A DNA stretch of 64,000 nucleotides from an uncultured bacterium (lineage in GTDB: Bacteria > Auribacterota > Erginobacteria > Erginobacterales > Erginobacteraceae). The position numbers and the translations under genes are program-made. The notes beneath the pieces are model-generated. The model was not told the DNA's origin. It was given only the letters and a program-made list of their open reading frames with translations, and searched no databases. This document shows positions 18,351 to 29,063 of this stretch, one piece after another; position 1 is the stretch's first letter, and each line of letters begins with the position of its first letter. The DNA is taken from NCBI GenBank assembly GCA_963822585.1, contig CAWGIE010000031.1, forward strand, positions 96,001 to 160,000, given 5' to 3'.

Positions 18351-20384
18351 CTAACGCAGATAGCCGAGGGCTCGTAACTGTTTCTCCATGCCAGCCGGAT
18401 AGCGGGCCGCCGGGGCGGCGGATTTCGGCCGGTGGATTGTATTTTTCCACCGCTCATACTGCTCCAGAAGATTCCGGGTATCTTCCGGTGCAACCTCGAA
18501 AAGGTTCCTGCTTTCGGCCGGATCGGTGGCAAGGTCGAATATCAACGTCTCGGCGCTGCCCCAAGGGCCATCCCTCTCCGGTAACTGCGGGTCGTATATG
18601 ATTTTCTTCCCGGATTGATCGATATAGGTGAACCCTGCTCGGAATGACCCGTCTTTCTGCGGTTCATCGTCCCGAAGTTCGGCGACGACACCCCGGTTAT
18701 CAGCCATAATCCGGATTATCCTCTCCCGTGCTTCCGGGGCCGCGTAATCTTCCTGGGCCAAAGCGAGAACCATCGGTTTCATCCTTACCTGGGTGACCGG
18801 GGAAAGGATATCCTTCCTTCCGGTCCAGCTTGGACAGGAGACGAGCAGCGGCACCCGGAGGACCGGATCAAAGAGAGTGCGGCCGTGCCCCCAGATATTC
18901 TGTTCCCCGTGCATCTGCCCGTGGTCAGAAGTTAATATAAATATTGTCTTTTCGGTCACCCCGGCCCGGGCAATCAGCATCGCCAGTTCTTTGAAACGGG
19001 AATCAGCGTATCGAACCGAGTTGTCGTACTCCTCCCGGACCGGGTAGGGAGCTACTTCCCGGTCGGTCCGATAATCCTCACCCGGGTAATAACGGTTATG
19101 GACATTCATCCAGTTAAAGAAGATAAACAACGGCTGATTGCGCCGCCGCAGGACCAGCTGTTCACCGACCAGGCGGAGCTGGTATAAATCAATCGAACGT
19201 TTATACCAGCCTTCCATCTCGTGGCGGATAGCATCGATCGCCTGACGAACAAGAAACGGAGAGGGAATCGTCAGCGCCACGGGGAATGGAGGAAAGGGTC
19301 GGGCTCGATAAGGGTCACTGCCCCAGCGCAAGCTCATCCTCCGGACAAAAGGGGCGTAGTAAAAGTCGAACCCTCTATTCAAAGCCAGTACCCACGGGTT
19401 CTCCGTGATCAGAATAGTGCGGTAGCCGAGCCGCTCCAACTCGCCGGCCAGCGAAGAAAATTTTTCATAACCATCGGGGCCGGCCCAGAGGTTATGTTCG
19501 CTGCCATACAACCCGGTGAAGATACTGACGTGGCTGGGGAAAGTGAAGTTGGCGCTGCTGTAGGCCATATGCCAGACCACCCCCTGATCGGCCAGCTTCT
19601 CGGCAAAGGGGGTGGTTGGTTTCTCGCAACCGTAAAGGGACATCCGATCGGCCCGGGTGGCGTCCCATAACGAGATAATCAAATTCGGCCGCTTCTGGAG
19701 CCCTCCGGTCGCGGCCCAGAAAGACCGCGCGAGAGTAACAATCAGGGTTATCGCGAGCAATCCGGCGGCGAGTGAACGGCAGGAGGGGCGCCATCTTCTG
19801 GTCAACACCCAGACAACAATATGGCCGCCGCAAATGAGGAGGACCCAGGCATTGAGCCGCCAGAGATCGGCCAAGGGCCGGCGCAGAACAAGCGCCGTGA
19901 CTCCGATCACGGCGCTGAGGGTGAGCGTCGACGGCCAAGCGATGGAGCTTTGCGGAGATGGGGAACGAAGCACCGCCCGGAGATTAATCAATCCCGCCAC
20001 CAACAACGCCAAAACCCAACCGCCGGTCAGGGTCTGGAGGGGGGGGTGGAAAACAGGATCGTCCCGGATTTCCCAGAGCAGGCGCAGGAAAATCGAACTC
20101 ATATAGATCGCATACGCCGCCGCCAGGAAAAACCAGAAAATCGCGATAGCCCGGCGGTTGGAGGTTAACCTACCCAGCAGCAATCCCAGGATAAGAACCG
20201 GAGCGCAGGTAATCGCGATATGAATCAGGCTATTCAGGGCAATGGCGGGGAAAGGAGAATAAAAAGGGAGCCAGTACACGGGCAGACGAGCAAAAAACGT
20301 ATTCCACAGTAACTCCAGACAAGCCACAATGGCCGGAGGCGCAAAAAACAAGGAGACCGTGAATAGAAAGCGATTCTTGCTCAT
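18351..20384 (-). CDS. Membrane-anchored sulfatase-like hydrolase/transferase
   Basis: N-terminal TM region; WDATRADR, TFPSHVSIFTG, TSDHG, C-terminal QLRALGYL. Confidence 0.8.
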   Translation of the reverse strand: MSKNRFLFTVSLFFAPPAIVACLELLWNTFFARLPVYWLPFYSPFPAIALNSLIHIAITCAPVLILGLLLGRLTSNRRAIAIFWFFLAAAYAIYMSSIFLRLLWEIRDDPVFHPPLQTLTGGWVLALLVAGLINLRAVLRSPSPQSSIAWPSTLTLSAVIGVTALVLRRPLADLWRLNAWVLLICGGHIVVWVLTRRWRPSCRSLAAGLLAITLIVTLARSFWAATGGLQKRPNLIISLWDATRADRMSLYGCEKPTTPFAEKLADQGVVWHMAYSSANFTFPSHVSIFTGLYGSEHNLWAGPDGYEKFSSLAGELERLGYRTILITENPWVLALNRGFDFYYAPFVRRMSLRWGSDPYRARPFPPFPVALTIPSPFLVRQAIDAIRHEMEGWYKRSIDLYQLRLVGEQLVLRRRNQPLFIFFNWMNVHNRYYPGEDYRTDREVAPYPVREEYDNSVRYADSRFKELAMLIARAGVTEKTIFILTSDHGQMHGEQNIWGHGRTLFDPVLRVPLLVSCPSWTGRKDILSPVTQVRMKPMVLALAQEDYAAPEARERIIRIMADNRGVVAELRDDEPQKDGSFRAGFTYIDQSGKKIIYDPQLPERDGPWGSAETLIFDLATDPAESRNLFEVAPEDTRNLLEQYERWKNTIHRPKSAAPAARYPAGMEKQLRALGYLR

Positions 20385-20393
20385 TCCCCTTCT

Positions 20394-22490
20394 TTAACGC
20401 AGGTATCCGATCGCGCGAAGCTGACGTTCCAGATTCTCGCTTAAACCGGGCTGCCGCCTCGCCCCGCGGACGGCGGGCAGCGTGTCTAAATATTCTTGAT
20501 ATATCTTTTGCATCCGTTTCACGATCTCGGGATGGACATCCGATAAATCCTCTTCCGAGGAGGGGTCGGAGGCGACATTGATGAGAAAGACATCCTGATC
20601 CGGCGGCCAGGAACTGCGGTGGCGTTTCAGTTCGGGGTCGTAAACGAACTGCCAATCCCGATCGAGCACCGTGTAAGACCACCGGAATTCCTCGCTCTCC
20701 TTGTCCTCGAGGTATCCGTACTCGGCGATGGCCTCCCGGGCCGGGGAGAGAACCTCTTCGAACATCGACGATTCTACTCCTCCCCCCCCGGAAGCCACCA
20801 TCTCCGTTAAGTTAAACAGACGCTCCAGGGGAACCGGCGCGGCCACCCGGCGGGGAGAGAGATCGGGATGGATGAAGACCAGGGGCACCCGGATCACCGG
20901 TTCAAACAATCCCTTGTTATGGCCGACCAGGTTATATTCGCCCAGGAATTCCCCATGATCGGAGGTGACGATAAAGAGCGTCCGCGGGAGCTGGCCAAAG
21001 AAATCGGCCAGGCGATAGAGATCCTTAAACCGCTGGTCGGCATATTTCAAGGCAAGGTCGTACTCCCCGGCGAAGTCGTAATCCTCCACCAGCTGACCGT
21101 AATGCCAATCGCCGTAAGGATGGTAGCGGTCGTGGACGTTCATCAGGTTCCAGAAAAGATAGACCGGGCCGGTCCTGCGGGAACGGAGGAACAGTTCGGC
21201 CACCGCCCGGAGTTGAATCCGGTCGAGGGTAAAAGCGTAAAAACCGTCGCGCCAGTAACGGAGCCAGTCCAGGAGCATCAGGCCCGGGAAAGGTTGGGGA
21301 TAGCGGCGCGGGGAGACCCGGGTCCCGATCTCGCAGCCCCCGCCGGGATAAAGATCGGCGTAAAGCGCCGGCTTCTCGAAGAACCTCACCTCGGCAAAGC
21401 CCTTGTCCGCCGCCAGTACCCAGGAATTCTCGGTGAAGAGGACGGGATGATAACCCGCTTCCCGCAGGCGGTCGGCGAGGGTGATCTCTTTCCGGTAACG
21501 CAGCACGTCGGCGCCGTCGCCGAGGTGGTAACCGTGGGCCCGACAACTCACGCCGAGAAAGAGGGAGACGTGACTGGGATAGGTATAGTTGGCGGGAGAG
21601 TAAACCCGGTCGAAGACCAGCGAGCGGGGGCTTAACTTTTCCAGGAAAGGGGTGGTCGGTTCCTGGTAACCGTAAGCCGACAACCGGCTGGCGCGGGCCG
21701 CGTCCCAGAGAGAGACGATGACATGGGGCCGGGTATCCCGAGAGGGAAAACTGTAGTAAATCGTCAGGATCGCCGTTGCCGCGGCGGCAGCCAAAACAGT
21801 AAACCGGGCCAGACGGGAGACCTGCCATCCTCGCCGGCGGGCGACAAACCCGAGCAGGACCGTTCCCAGCGCTATCGCCGCCAGACCAATCAGGTGGGGA
21901 CGAAGCAGAACCAGACTGGAGGTCAAAGGCAGGGGCAGTTGGGTGGTGGCCATCGACCGGTTGTAAACCAGCGCCCATACCGCGCTGAAGACCAACGCCA
22001 GAAGGCCGAGTTTCCTCCCGTCCGCCGCCCAAAGTTCCGGCGGACGGCGGCGACAGGCAAAAACCACCGCGATCGCCATCAGGGCGGCCAGGAGGGGGAG
22101 AACCAGAATTAATAGATCATTCTTCGGGGCGGGCGGAGCGAAAAAGCGAAAAAGCCCCCGGCGCACCGTTACATCAACCAGAACCGTCGCCAGGAGAGAT
22201 TCCAGGATCAGGAGCATCGAAACCTGGCCGCCGCGATGCCAGGCCACCGATCCCCGGAATAAAATTCTCAGCGCTTCCACCAGGACTCCGGCCAAAAGAA
22301 AAAGCGCGACCCAGAACAATACTTCCAGGGCCGCGGAAGCGGGGATGGTTAAAAATGGCCAGATTGGGAACAGAAAATATACCGGGAATCGTCCGAATAG
22401 ACTGTTAAAAACTACGATCCCGCCTGCGAAAATCAGCCCGAAAGCTCCCCATTCTTTTATATAGACAATTCCGGAGGAAACAGGTCTCAT
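20394..22490 (-). CDS. Membrane-anchored sulfatase-like hydrolase/transferase (paralog)
   Basis: WDAARASR, TYPSHVSLF, TSDHGE, QLRAIGYL. Confidence 0.8.
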   Translation of the reverse strand: MRPVSSGIVYIKEWGAFGLIFAGGIVVFNSLFGRFPVYFLFPIWPFLTIPASAALEVLFWVALFLLAGVLVEALRILFRGSVAWHRGGQVSMLLILESLLATVLVDVTVRRGLFRFFAPPAPKNDLLILVLPLLAALMAIAVVFACRRRPPELWAADGRKLGLLALVFSAVWALVYNRSMATTQLPLPLTSSLVLLRPHLIGLAAIALGTVLLGFVARRRGWQVSRLARFTVLAAAAATAILTIYYSFPSRDTRPHVIVSLWDAARASRLSAYGYQEPTTPFLEKLSPRSLVFDRVYSPANYTYPSHVSLFLGVSCRAHGYHLGDGADVLRYRKEITLADRLREAGYHPVLFTENSWVLAADKGFAEVRFFEKPALYADLYPGGGCEIGTRVSPRRYPQPFPGLMLLDWLRYWRDGFYAFTLDRIQLRAVAELFLRSRRTGPVYLFWNLMNVHDRYHPYGDWHYGQLVEDYDFAGEYDLALKYADQRFKDLYRLADFFGQLPRTLFIVTSDHGEFLGEYNLVGHNKGLFEPVIRVPLVFIHPDLSPRRVAAPVPLERLFNLTEMVASGGGGVESSMFEEVLSPAREAIAEYGYLEDKESEEFRWSYTVLDRDWQFVYDPELKRHRSSWPPDQDVFLINVASDPSSEEDLSDVHPEIVKRMQKIYQEYLDTLPAVRGARRQPGLSENLERQLRAIGYLR

Positions 22491-22573
22491 CGGAGTTTTC
22501 CCTTGATGGTATTGTTTCGTCAAGACACCGTCATTCAGATTGTGTCGCAATTGCTATTCTCGACGATTTTACT

Positions 22574-22798
22574 GTCATCGCGAGGAGCGCAGCGACGAAG
22601 CGATCTCAACCCGTTGGGAAACAGCATCTTTTGTTCGCGAATTGAGATCGCTTCGCCCCCTATGGGGCTCGCGATGACATTTTGGAGGTTGTGACACAGC
22701 CTCATTGCGAACCCCAATTTATCGAAGCGAAGCAATCTCTTCTGAAGCAACAGATTAAGATTGCCCCCCTCGCTTCGTTTGGGAAACTCGAAGATGAC
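22574..22798. repeat. Palindromic REP/RPE-like elements (two copies)
   Basis: GTCATCGCGAGGAGCGCAGCGACGAAGCGATCTC...GAGATCGCTTCG...CTCGCGATGAC, then degenerate CTCATTGCGA...GAAGCAATCTC...GATGAC. Confidence 0.7.
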
Positions 22799-22904
22799 AG
22801 TATGGCAAATGCTTACCGGGGAACCAACAAGAATCTAAAAGAACTCGTAAACTAATACATGGCCGGAGTAGTATCTGCACCAAATTGTTCCCGGTTTTCC
22901 GTTA

Positions 22905-25442
22905 TCAAAGATCAAGCCGACCGGCTGCTTTTCCGGAATCGATCCTCCGCCGGCAGAGCAACAGAAATACCGCGGCCGCCACCCCGGTCAGGAAGAACCA
23001 ACGTCCCACCCTGACGGCGACGGGGCAAAACTCCATCTTAACTTTGTGGGAACCCGCCTCCAGCCAGATTCCGCGCTGGATATAATTTACCCGGTGGATC
23101 GTTACTTCCCGGCCGTTGTCGGTCGCCCGCCAGTCCGGATGCCAGGCATCGGTTATAACCAGCATCGCCGGATAGGTGACCTCCAGATCAAGCTCCACCC
23201 GATTGGGATTGGAGAAGTCAGAACGGATGAGGCGGTTGGCTTCCTGGAGCCGGGAAAAATATTTCACCGGATGTTCCGTCGAGAATCGCACATCCCTCCC
23301 GACCAGATAACGGCGGGCTGTCTCATCATCGGTATCGATCACCACCACCTCGCGAAGCTCCCGGTTGATCAGGGCCTGGCACTGTTCTTCTTCTCCGGCC
23401 GCTTCCAACCTATCCAGGGTGAAAACCCGCGGCTGAGGATACGCAACGCGGAAGAGGTAGAGACCGAATTCGGGCGCGGACGCCACATGCACCCAGTCCT
23501 CCTCCGGAGGTTGGGGGCGATCGTACCACCAGTACCCAACCGACATATTCCGGACAAAAGGAATGGTTGAGTCACGCAGAGCTGTCTGGTAAGGCATCCC
23601 GCTGGATATCTCGCTGAGGGTGTGATACATCCGCGGGATCATTGGTTTAACCCCGCTTCCCAGCAGGCTGTAACTCCCGTAGATGAGCCCAGCGGTGTCG
23701 GCAAAAACTCTAGAGTAGCCTGTTCGGAATAGTGGTCCCGGATCGTACTGAGAGGCCAGCGCCATAAAGCGGAACAGGTTGTTAGCCTCCGGCCCGAAAC
23801 TCTCCTTCTTCTCGGACGTCGAAACATTCCCCCAAAAACGGTATGTATCCCAATAGGCACTTCGAAATAACCCCGCCAGGAAGAGGATCACAACCGCCTT
23901 AGCGATCCAGCGGGGGCGCCACCAAATCCCTATCACAAAAAGCAGCACTACACAGACCAGCCAGTATAGAAATGGAGCCTTGAGCACCCCCTCCCAGACG
24001 ACTCTCTCCCAGTATCCGTTCGGGAGCATAACCCCGGCCAGGGGCACCAGAGTTGCCAGGAAGAGGTAAACGATAACCCGCATTCTGGTTATCACAACTC
24101 GGCCGGCTCCGGGACCTAAAATCCGGCTTACTCCGATCCCGGTCAATATTGATAACCCCATCGTGTAGAAAGTGTGCCACCTGGTGGCGTAGGGAACCCG
24201 GAAAAAAGGCCCCAGTTGATAAAGCCAGCCGAAAGCCGGGGAAAATCGCCCCGCCATCAGGAAGATACTCAGCACTATTAACCCGGCGGCGGCCCAAGTC
24301 CAAAGCGAATACCGGACACCATCCTTTCCCGGGGACGGAACGCCGGGCCACGGTTCCTCTGCTTCAGTGGAATCAGTTAGGGGTTCGGCCCTAACCGGAG
24401 ATCTGATCCGTTTGCACCAAGAAGCCGCGGCGGTCCAGATAGCCAGAAAAGTCGGGAACCATATCAGCATTCCCCGGGTAAGACGGGCTTCATTCCAGAT
24501 CATTTCGTAGTCGTGGGCCACGCCCCAATAATTCAAATGGGTAAAGTTGGTTTTCCCAAAAAGTTCGGGAACAAAGATGGTGACCAGCCATCGCCAGGGC
24601 AAACTTCGAGGGCCGGAAGTAAGCAATCGATAGTCAGTCTTGAGAGTGGCCTCAATGTAGTGCCAGCTCTCAATCGCGGCCAACCAGAAAGGGGCGGAGA
24701 GAAGAAGACCGATTAAGCCCATAGCTAACAGGCCAGCCAACAATTTAAGGACCGAAGCTCTCCCCTCTTCTTTCCATCTCAGCCCCAACAGGATCAATCC
24801 AAAATACGCGGCCAGGATCAGGCCGTGGATAGTATTGGCGGTCCAGGTGGGGGCTCCCATGGCCAACACTACCGCCCCGAAGATGATCCAGGCGGTCCGT
24901 CGCTTCCGAGCGTAAAGCAGAACTGCTGCAACCAGCCAGGGTTGCCATGGCATACTAATGGCCTCAACAGGGTCCCCAATACCTCCGAGCTGGGAGGTGC
25001 TGAAGGCAAAGAGCAAGGCTGCCATCGCGGCGCCCGGCCGGGAAAATTTCAATCCCCATCGACCCAAAACGTAAGCCCCCAGCGCTCCCCAGAGGATATG
25101 GGCAATGATTGGAATAATAATCAGATCCCGCAAGGATCGGGTTGAAGGAGAGATCGCCCCCCAGAGGCCAAAGAACCATTGCACCGGATAGAAAGCATAA
25201 TCTTCCTGCCGGAGGTAGAAAGGTTGTCCGCCGGCGTGGGTATGAGGGTCCCACAAAGGGATAATGCCCTGCTGGAGACACCTGGCCTGGAAGATCTGAT
25301 TAGGGAAATAATGAATTGCCACATCATCTAAGAATATGCCATGCCATCCGAGAAGGATCGGAAGGAGAAAGAGGAAGACAGCCAGCAACAGACCGGCCAG
25401 CCACATAGACTCCCGGGTCCAGTAATATCGCCTATTCTTCAT
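22905..25442 (-). CDS. YfhO-family membrane glycosyltransferase-like protein
   Basis: FLDD, PLWDPHTHAGGQP; C-terminal ITDAWHPDWRATDNG...VNYIQRGIWLEAGSHKV. Confidence 0.8.
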   Translation of the reverse strand: MKNRRYYWTRESMWLAGLLLAVFLFLLPILLGWHGIFLDDVAIHYFPNQIFQARCLQQGIIPLWDPHTHAGGQPFYLRQEDYAFYPVQWFFGLWGAISPSTRSLRDLIIIPIIAHILWGALGAYVLGRWGLKFSRPGAAMAALLFAFSTSQLGGIGDPVEAISMPWQPWLVAAVLLYARKRRTAWIIFGAVVLAMGAPTWTANTIHGLILAAYFGLILLGLRWKEEGRASVLKLLAGLLAMGLIGLLLSAPFWLAAIESWHYIEATLKTDYRLLTSGPRSLPWRWLVTIFVPELFGKTNFTHLNYWGVAHDYEMIWNEARLTRGMLIWFPTFLAIWTAAASWCKRIRSPVRAEPLTDSTEAEEPWPGVPSPGKDGVRYSLWTWAAAGLIVLSIFLMAGRFSPAFGWLYQLGPFFRVPYATRWHTFYTMGLSILTGIGVSRILGPGAGRVVITRMRVIVYLFLATLVPLAGVMLPNGYWERVVWEGVLKAPFLYWLVCVVLLFVIGIWWRPRWIAKAVVILFLAGLFRSAYWDTYRFWGNVSTSEKKESFGPEANNLFRFMALASQYDPGPLFRTGYSRVFADTAGLIYGSYSLLGSGVKPMIPRMYHTLSEISSGMPYQTALRDSTIPFVRNMSVGYWWYDRPQPPEEDWVHVASAPEFGLYLFRVAYPQPRVFTLDRLEAAGEEEQCQALINRELREVVVIDTDDETARRYLVGRDVRFSTEHPVKYFSRLQEANRLIRSDFSNPNRVELDLEVTYPAMLVITDAWHPDWRATDNGREVTIHRVNYIQRGIWLEAGSHKVKMEFCPVAVRVGRWFFLTGVAAAVFLLLCRRRIDSGKAAGRLDL

Positions 25443-25601
25443 AATCGCATCGGAAGATTTTCTATGCATCGGAATCTAACACAAATTGCCCGATTTTGCT
25501 CGATCTTGAGGTGAATAAACTGAAATAGCGAGGGTATCTGTCATACCTCCTGGATTTGCCGGGGGATGATTTTTCAGGGCAGATAGTTGATTACGCCAAA
25601 T

Positions 25602-26579
25602 TTACGGCAATAGACTGGCCAGGTGATTGATCATTTTCCGGCGGACGAGATCGCCGACCAGGGCCGCCCCGATGACCAGCGGCCAGGAAACCGATGGAAC
25701 ATCACAATCGCGGCAGACAGGGTGTTCCCGGTATTTCTTCCGGACGTGCAGTTCCCGGACTGCGGCCAGGGTATCGCCAGTGAATATCTCCCCCAGCGGC
25801 CGCTTGTTGGCGTTGCCCATCTTCGTCCTGCCCTCGATCTCCAGGCAGCAGAGCGGGACCGTCCCGTCCCAGTGAACGGCTAGGGAGGTCCAGAGAAAGA
25901 GGCAGGGACGGTGAGCCGGATGGGCGGGGGGAGGGCCGCAGGACCCGGCGAAATTGAGCATCGGCTTGATATGAACGGCGTCCGCCCCCCTCCCCCGCCA
26001 GCGTTTCAGGAATGCTGCGGCCTCATGGACGTTCTCCTGGGTCCGGACGAACTGGATCTGGATATAAGGCCGGTCTCTCCGGCCCGCCGCCAACTTGAGA
26101 AAACGCTCGGTATTGATCACCGCCCGGTCAAAATCCCCCCCCGGTTTGAGCCGGCGATAGGTCTCCCCGGTGGCCGCATCAATACTGAAAGTGATCGATC
26201 CCAGACCCGCCGCCAGGACTTCCCGGGCGAGTGACTCGTCCATCATCAGGGCGTTGGTCTCCAGCATCGCGTTGACCCCCCGCCGGCGGCAGGCTTCCAC
26301 GCACTCGGGCCAGCGGGGGTGGAGAAACGGCTCGCCGTCGAAGGAGAGATCGACCGTGTCCACAGAGGGGGCCGCCTGTTCCAGCAGGCTCTCGAGCAAT
26401 TCCAGCGGCATCTCGCCCTTTTTCTTGAGGCTTTTCCGATGGGGGCAGAAAGAACAGTCAAGGTTGCAGCGATTGGTAATACCCAGCTGGAGTTCCAGGG
26501 GAAAAGCCTCAAAACGAGGACGACGGAGCAGGTAGGCCCCGACTACCTGGAACCGGTTGCGGAGATTGCGCGGCATCAC
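25602..26579 (-). CDS. Radical SAM/SPASM(Twitch) protein
   Basis: TNRCNLDCSFC, GEPFLHP, PCLFLW..VHWDGTVPLCC, CRDC. Confidence 0.9.
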   Translation of the reverse strand: MMPRNLRNRFQVVGAYLLRRPRFEAFPLELQLGITNRCNLDCSFCPHRKSLKKKGEMPLELLESLLEQAAPSVDTVDLSFDGEPFLHPRWPECVEACRRRGVNAMLETNALMMDESLAREVLAAGLGSITFSIDAATGETYRRLKPGGDFDRAVINTERFLKLAAGRRDRPYIQIQFVRTQENVHEAAAFLKRWRGRGADAVHIKPMLNFAGSCGPPPAHPAHRPCLFLWTSLAVHWDGTVPLCCLEIEGRTKMGNANKRPLGEIFTGDTLAAVRELHVRKKYREHPVCRDCDVPSVSWPLVIGAALVGDLVRRKMINHLASLLP

Positions 26580-27613
26580 TTACCCCCTCCACCCGGTGGA
26601 CGATGGCGGGACACTATCCACCACAGTCCCCGGATAAAACCGAGGGCGATGGCTATGTGGAGGACTTGGAGAGCAAAAAACCCGTAAACGGGCATCAGCC
26701 AACCGTACTGCCCGGCGGTAAAACGGAAAAAATTCCACTCCAGGACGATCTGGATCAGCCAGACCGGGATCGCCAGTAATGCCAGCGGGGAAATGAAAAT
26801 TCCGGTGAGCAGAGCGGCCAGGGCGAGAACGGTCAGGAGACAGGAGGAAGCGGCGCCGGGTGTCCCGACCGCCCCGGCGGACTCAAACTTTTTCCGGCGC
26901 AGGAATAACCTCACCCAGCGCGCGGTCCGGTTGAAAAGAACCTGGCAGCGCTCTCCCAGCGTCTTATAGTGGTGGTTATAGGAAGCCGACCGGAGAAGAA
27001 GGTGGCCGTAGCCCCGGGCTTCCAGTTCGTGGGCCATCTGGAACTCCTCCATCCCCACCCCGGTGTACCGCTCGGAGAATCCCCCCAGTTCATCAAAGGC
27101 GGATTTCCGGATCGCCCCGCATTCCGACTGGATCGAGGAGAAGTTACGTTCTTTCTCGCCCTCGCTCCAGTGGTATCCCCAGGCTGAGCGCAGCCCGACA
27201 AAATGTGAACTCCAGGAGGAACTGAGGTTTCCGGGGAGCGGATAGGCTCCGACGGCGTAAATATCCGGCCGGTCGTCAAGAGTCACGACCATCGCCGTCA
27301 GGCTTCCCGGCGTGGGGACGATATCCGCGTCAACAAAGATCAGGATCACCGCCTCAACAGCCACCGCCCCGGCGTTCCGGGCTCCGGCAACCCCCCGATT
27401 CTCCTCCAGGCAAAGCACCCGTGCCCCCCGATCCCGGGCCACCCGGGCCGAATCGTCGGTGGAAGCGTCATCGACCACGATTATCTCCCAGCCTTGGGAG
27501 CGGACTTCCGGCAGAATAACATCCAGGCAGGCGTCGAGAGTTTCGGCGTCGTTATGCACCGGGATAATGACGGCCGCGCCGGGTCTGGTAGGGACGGATA
27601 TTTCCGGTTTCAT
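26576..27613 (-). CDS. GT2 glycosyltransferase with C-terminal TM helices
   Basis: IIPVHND, VDDASTD, ARNAG, FVDAD. Confidence 0.9.
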   Translation of the reverse strand: MKPEISVPTRPGAAVIIPVHNDAETLDACLDVILPEVRSQGWEIIVVDDASTDDSARVARDRGARVLCLEENRGVAGARNAGAVAVEAVILIFVDADIVPTPGSLTAMVVTLDDRPDIYAVGAYPLPGNLSSSWSSHFVGLRSAWGYHWSEGEKERNFSSIQSECGAIRKSAFDELGGFSERYTGVGMEEFQMAHELEARGYGHLLLRSASYNHHYKTLGERCQVLFNRTARWVRLFLRRKKFESAGAVGTPGAASSCLLTVLALAALLTGIFISPLALLAIPVWLIQIVLEWNFFRFTAGQYGWLMPVYGFFALQVLHIAIALGFIRGLWWIVSRHRPPGGGGK

Positions 27614-27617
27614 CTTT

Positions 27618-29063
27618 TCAGGTTCTCCATCGGTCGGCCCGGCGGTATTGGCGGTTGGTGTACCAGCGGTAGAGGGCGCCTTCCAGGTAAAACCTAAACC
27701 ATCGGCGGCGCCAGCGGAAGAGCGCCAGGTAGTGGGCGATCCGGTAGGCCCAGCGGAAACGATCGAGGTCGCCCAGCATATGCTCGTAGCGGAAGGCCAA
27801 AAAGGAGATCAGGTAGACGTTCTTGTAAAGCGGCCTCCCCTTCAGCCAGGGGGTGTGGAGCCGGTCCATCGTGAAGCGGCTCCAGTCGGCCAGGCGGTCC
27901 GGGGGACGGAACCCTTTCTCGACCGACTCGTCGAAGAGCCCCGTCCCCGGCAGCGGGGCGTAGGGTTGGATCACAATCTCGGCCCCCGGGTGGAGGCGAT
28001 GGAGGTCGTCGGCGTAATCAAGCACCGCGGCGGCGTCTTCCTCCTCCTCTCCCGGGAAACCGATCATCAGGGAGTAGGTGCTGATGATCTTCGAGCACCG
28101 CATAATCTCCACCCCGCGGTCGATATCGGCCCGGTTAATTCCCTTCCCGATATACCTCAATACCCGGTCGAGGGGGGACTCGAGGCCGAAGAAGAGCCAC
28201 TGGCAGCCGACTTTTTCAAAATCGCCTATCAACTCCCGGTCGATGCAGTTGATCCGGGGGCTGGCCGACCACTTCAAGCCCAATCCGGACATCACCGGGA
28301 TAAGGTCCCGCAGGAACGACTTCTCCCCCCCCATACTGTCGTCGTAGAAGAAGAGGTTGTCGGCGCCGAGCCGGACCAGCTCTTCCAGTTCCTTCCGCAC
28401 CAGCCCCGGGGATTTGCGCCGGCATTTCCGGTCGTGGTAGAAGGCGTTATAACAGAAGCGGCAATTATAGGGGCAGCCGCGGGACATTTGGTAGCCGACC
28501 GTGGGGAATGAGGCCTCAGGGCGGAAGTAACGGGGGAGCAGTTCGGCCGCCTTGCCCTGGTAAGGAAACGGTAATTCCTCGACGTCAAGGAAAGGGCGGG
28601 GAGGGTTGATCCGGGGGGCTCCGGAAGAATCTTGCCAGGCCAGGCCGGGGATGTCTTCGAGGTGGGGCCGGCCGGAACGGAGGGATTGGCATAATTCATA
28701 AACCGTCTCCTCCCCTTCCTTGATCACCACGAAGTCGATCCCCGGTTCGGCCAGGGTCTGTTCCGGGCACATACTGGGATGGACGCCCCCCCAGACCACC
28801 GGGACGGAGGGGAGCCGCTTCCTGACCGCGGCCGTCAGGGCCAGGCCGCGGAGGATCTGGAAGGAGGTCAGGGAACTGACCCCGATCAACTCCGGTGTCC
28901 TCGCCAGGGCCGCCTCCAGTTCCGCCGGCGACTGCACCCGCTCGTCGTAATACTCGACCTCGATTCCCCGTTTCTCCAGGTAGGTTCCCACCGTGAAGAC
29001 CGCCAGCGGGGTCATCGCGTGGTAGGGGAAGGGACTGGGGTTGGGGAAGATGAGCAGGATCAT
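27618..29063 (-). CDS. B12-binding radical SAM protein
   Basis: PLAVFTVGT, WGGVHPS, SRGCPYNCRFC, GLES. Confidence 0.9.
   Translation of the reverse strand: MILLIFPNPSPFPYHAMTPLAVFTVGTYLEKRGIEVEYYDERVQSPAELEAALARTPELIGVSSLTSFQILRGLALTAAVRKRLPSVPVVWGGVHPSMCPEQTLAEPGIDFVVIKEGEETVYELCQSLRSGRPHLEDIPGLAWQDSSGAPRINPPRPFLDVEELPFPYQGKAAELLPRYFRPEASFPTVGYQMSRGCPYNCRFCYNAFYHDRKCRRKSPGLVRKELEELVRLGADNLFFYDDSMGGEKSFLRDLIPVMSGLGLKWSASPRINCIDRELIGDFEKVGCQWLFFGLESPLDRVLRYIGKGINRADIDRGVEIMRCSKIISTYSLMIGFPGEEEEDAAAVLDYADDLHRLHPGAEIVIQPYAPLPGTGLFDESVEKGFRPPDRLADWSRFTMDRLHTPWLKGRPLYKNVYLISFLAFRYEHMLGDLDRFRWAYRIAHYLALFRWRRRWFRFYLEGALYRWYTNRQYRRADRWRT

Noticed and set aside
25543..25569. Hairpin atacctcctggatttgccgggggatga resembling an IS200/IS605 end
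   Set aside because: Single short imperfect hairpin with no tnpA/tnpB nearby
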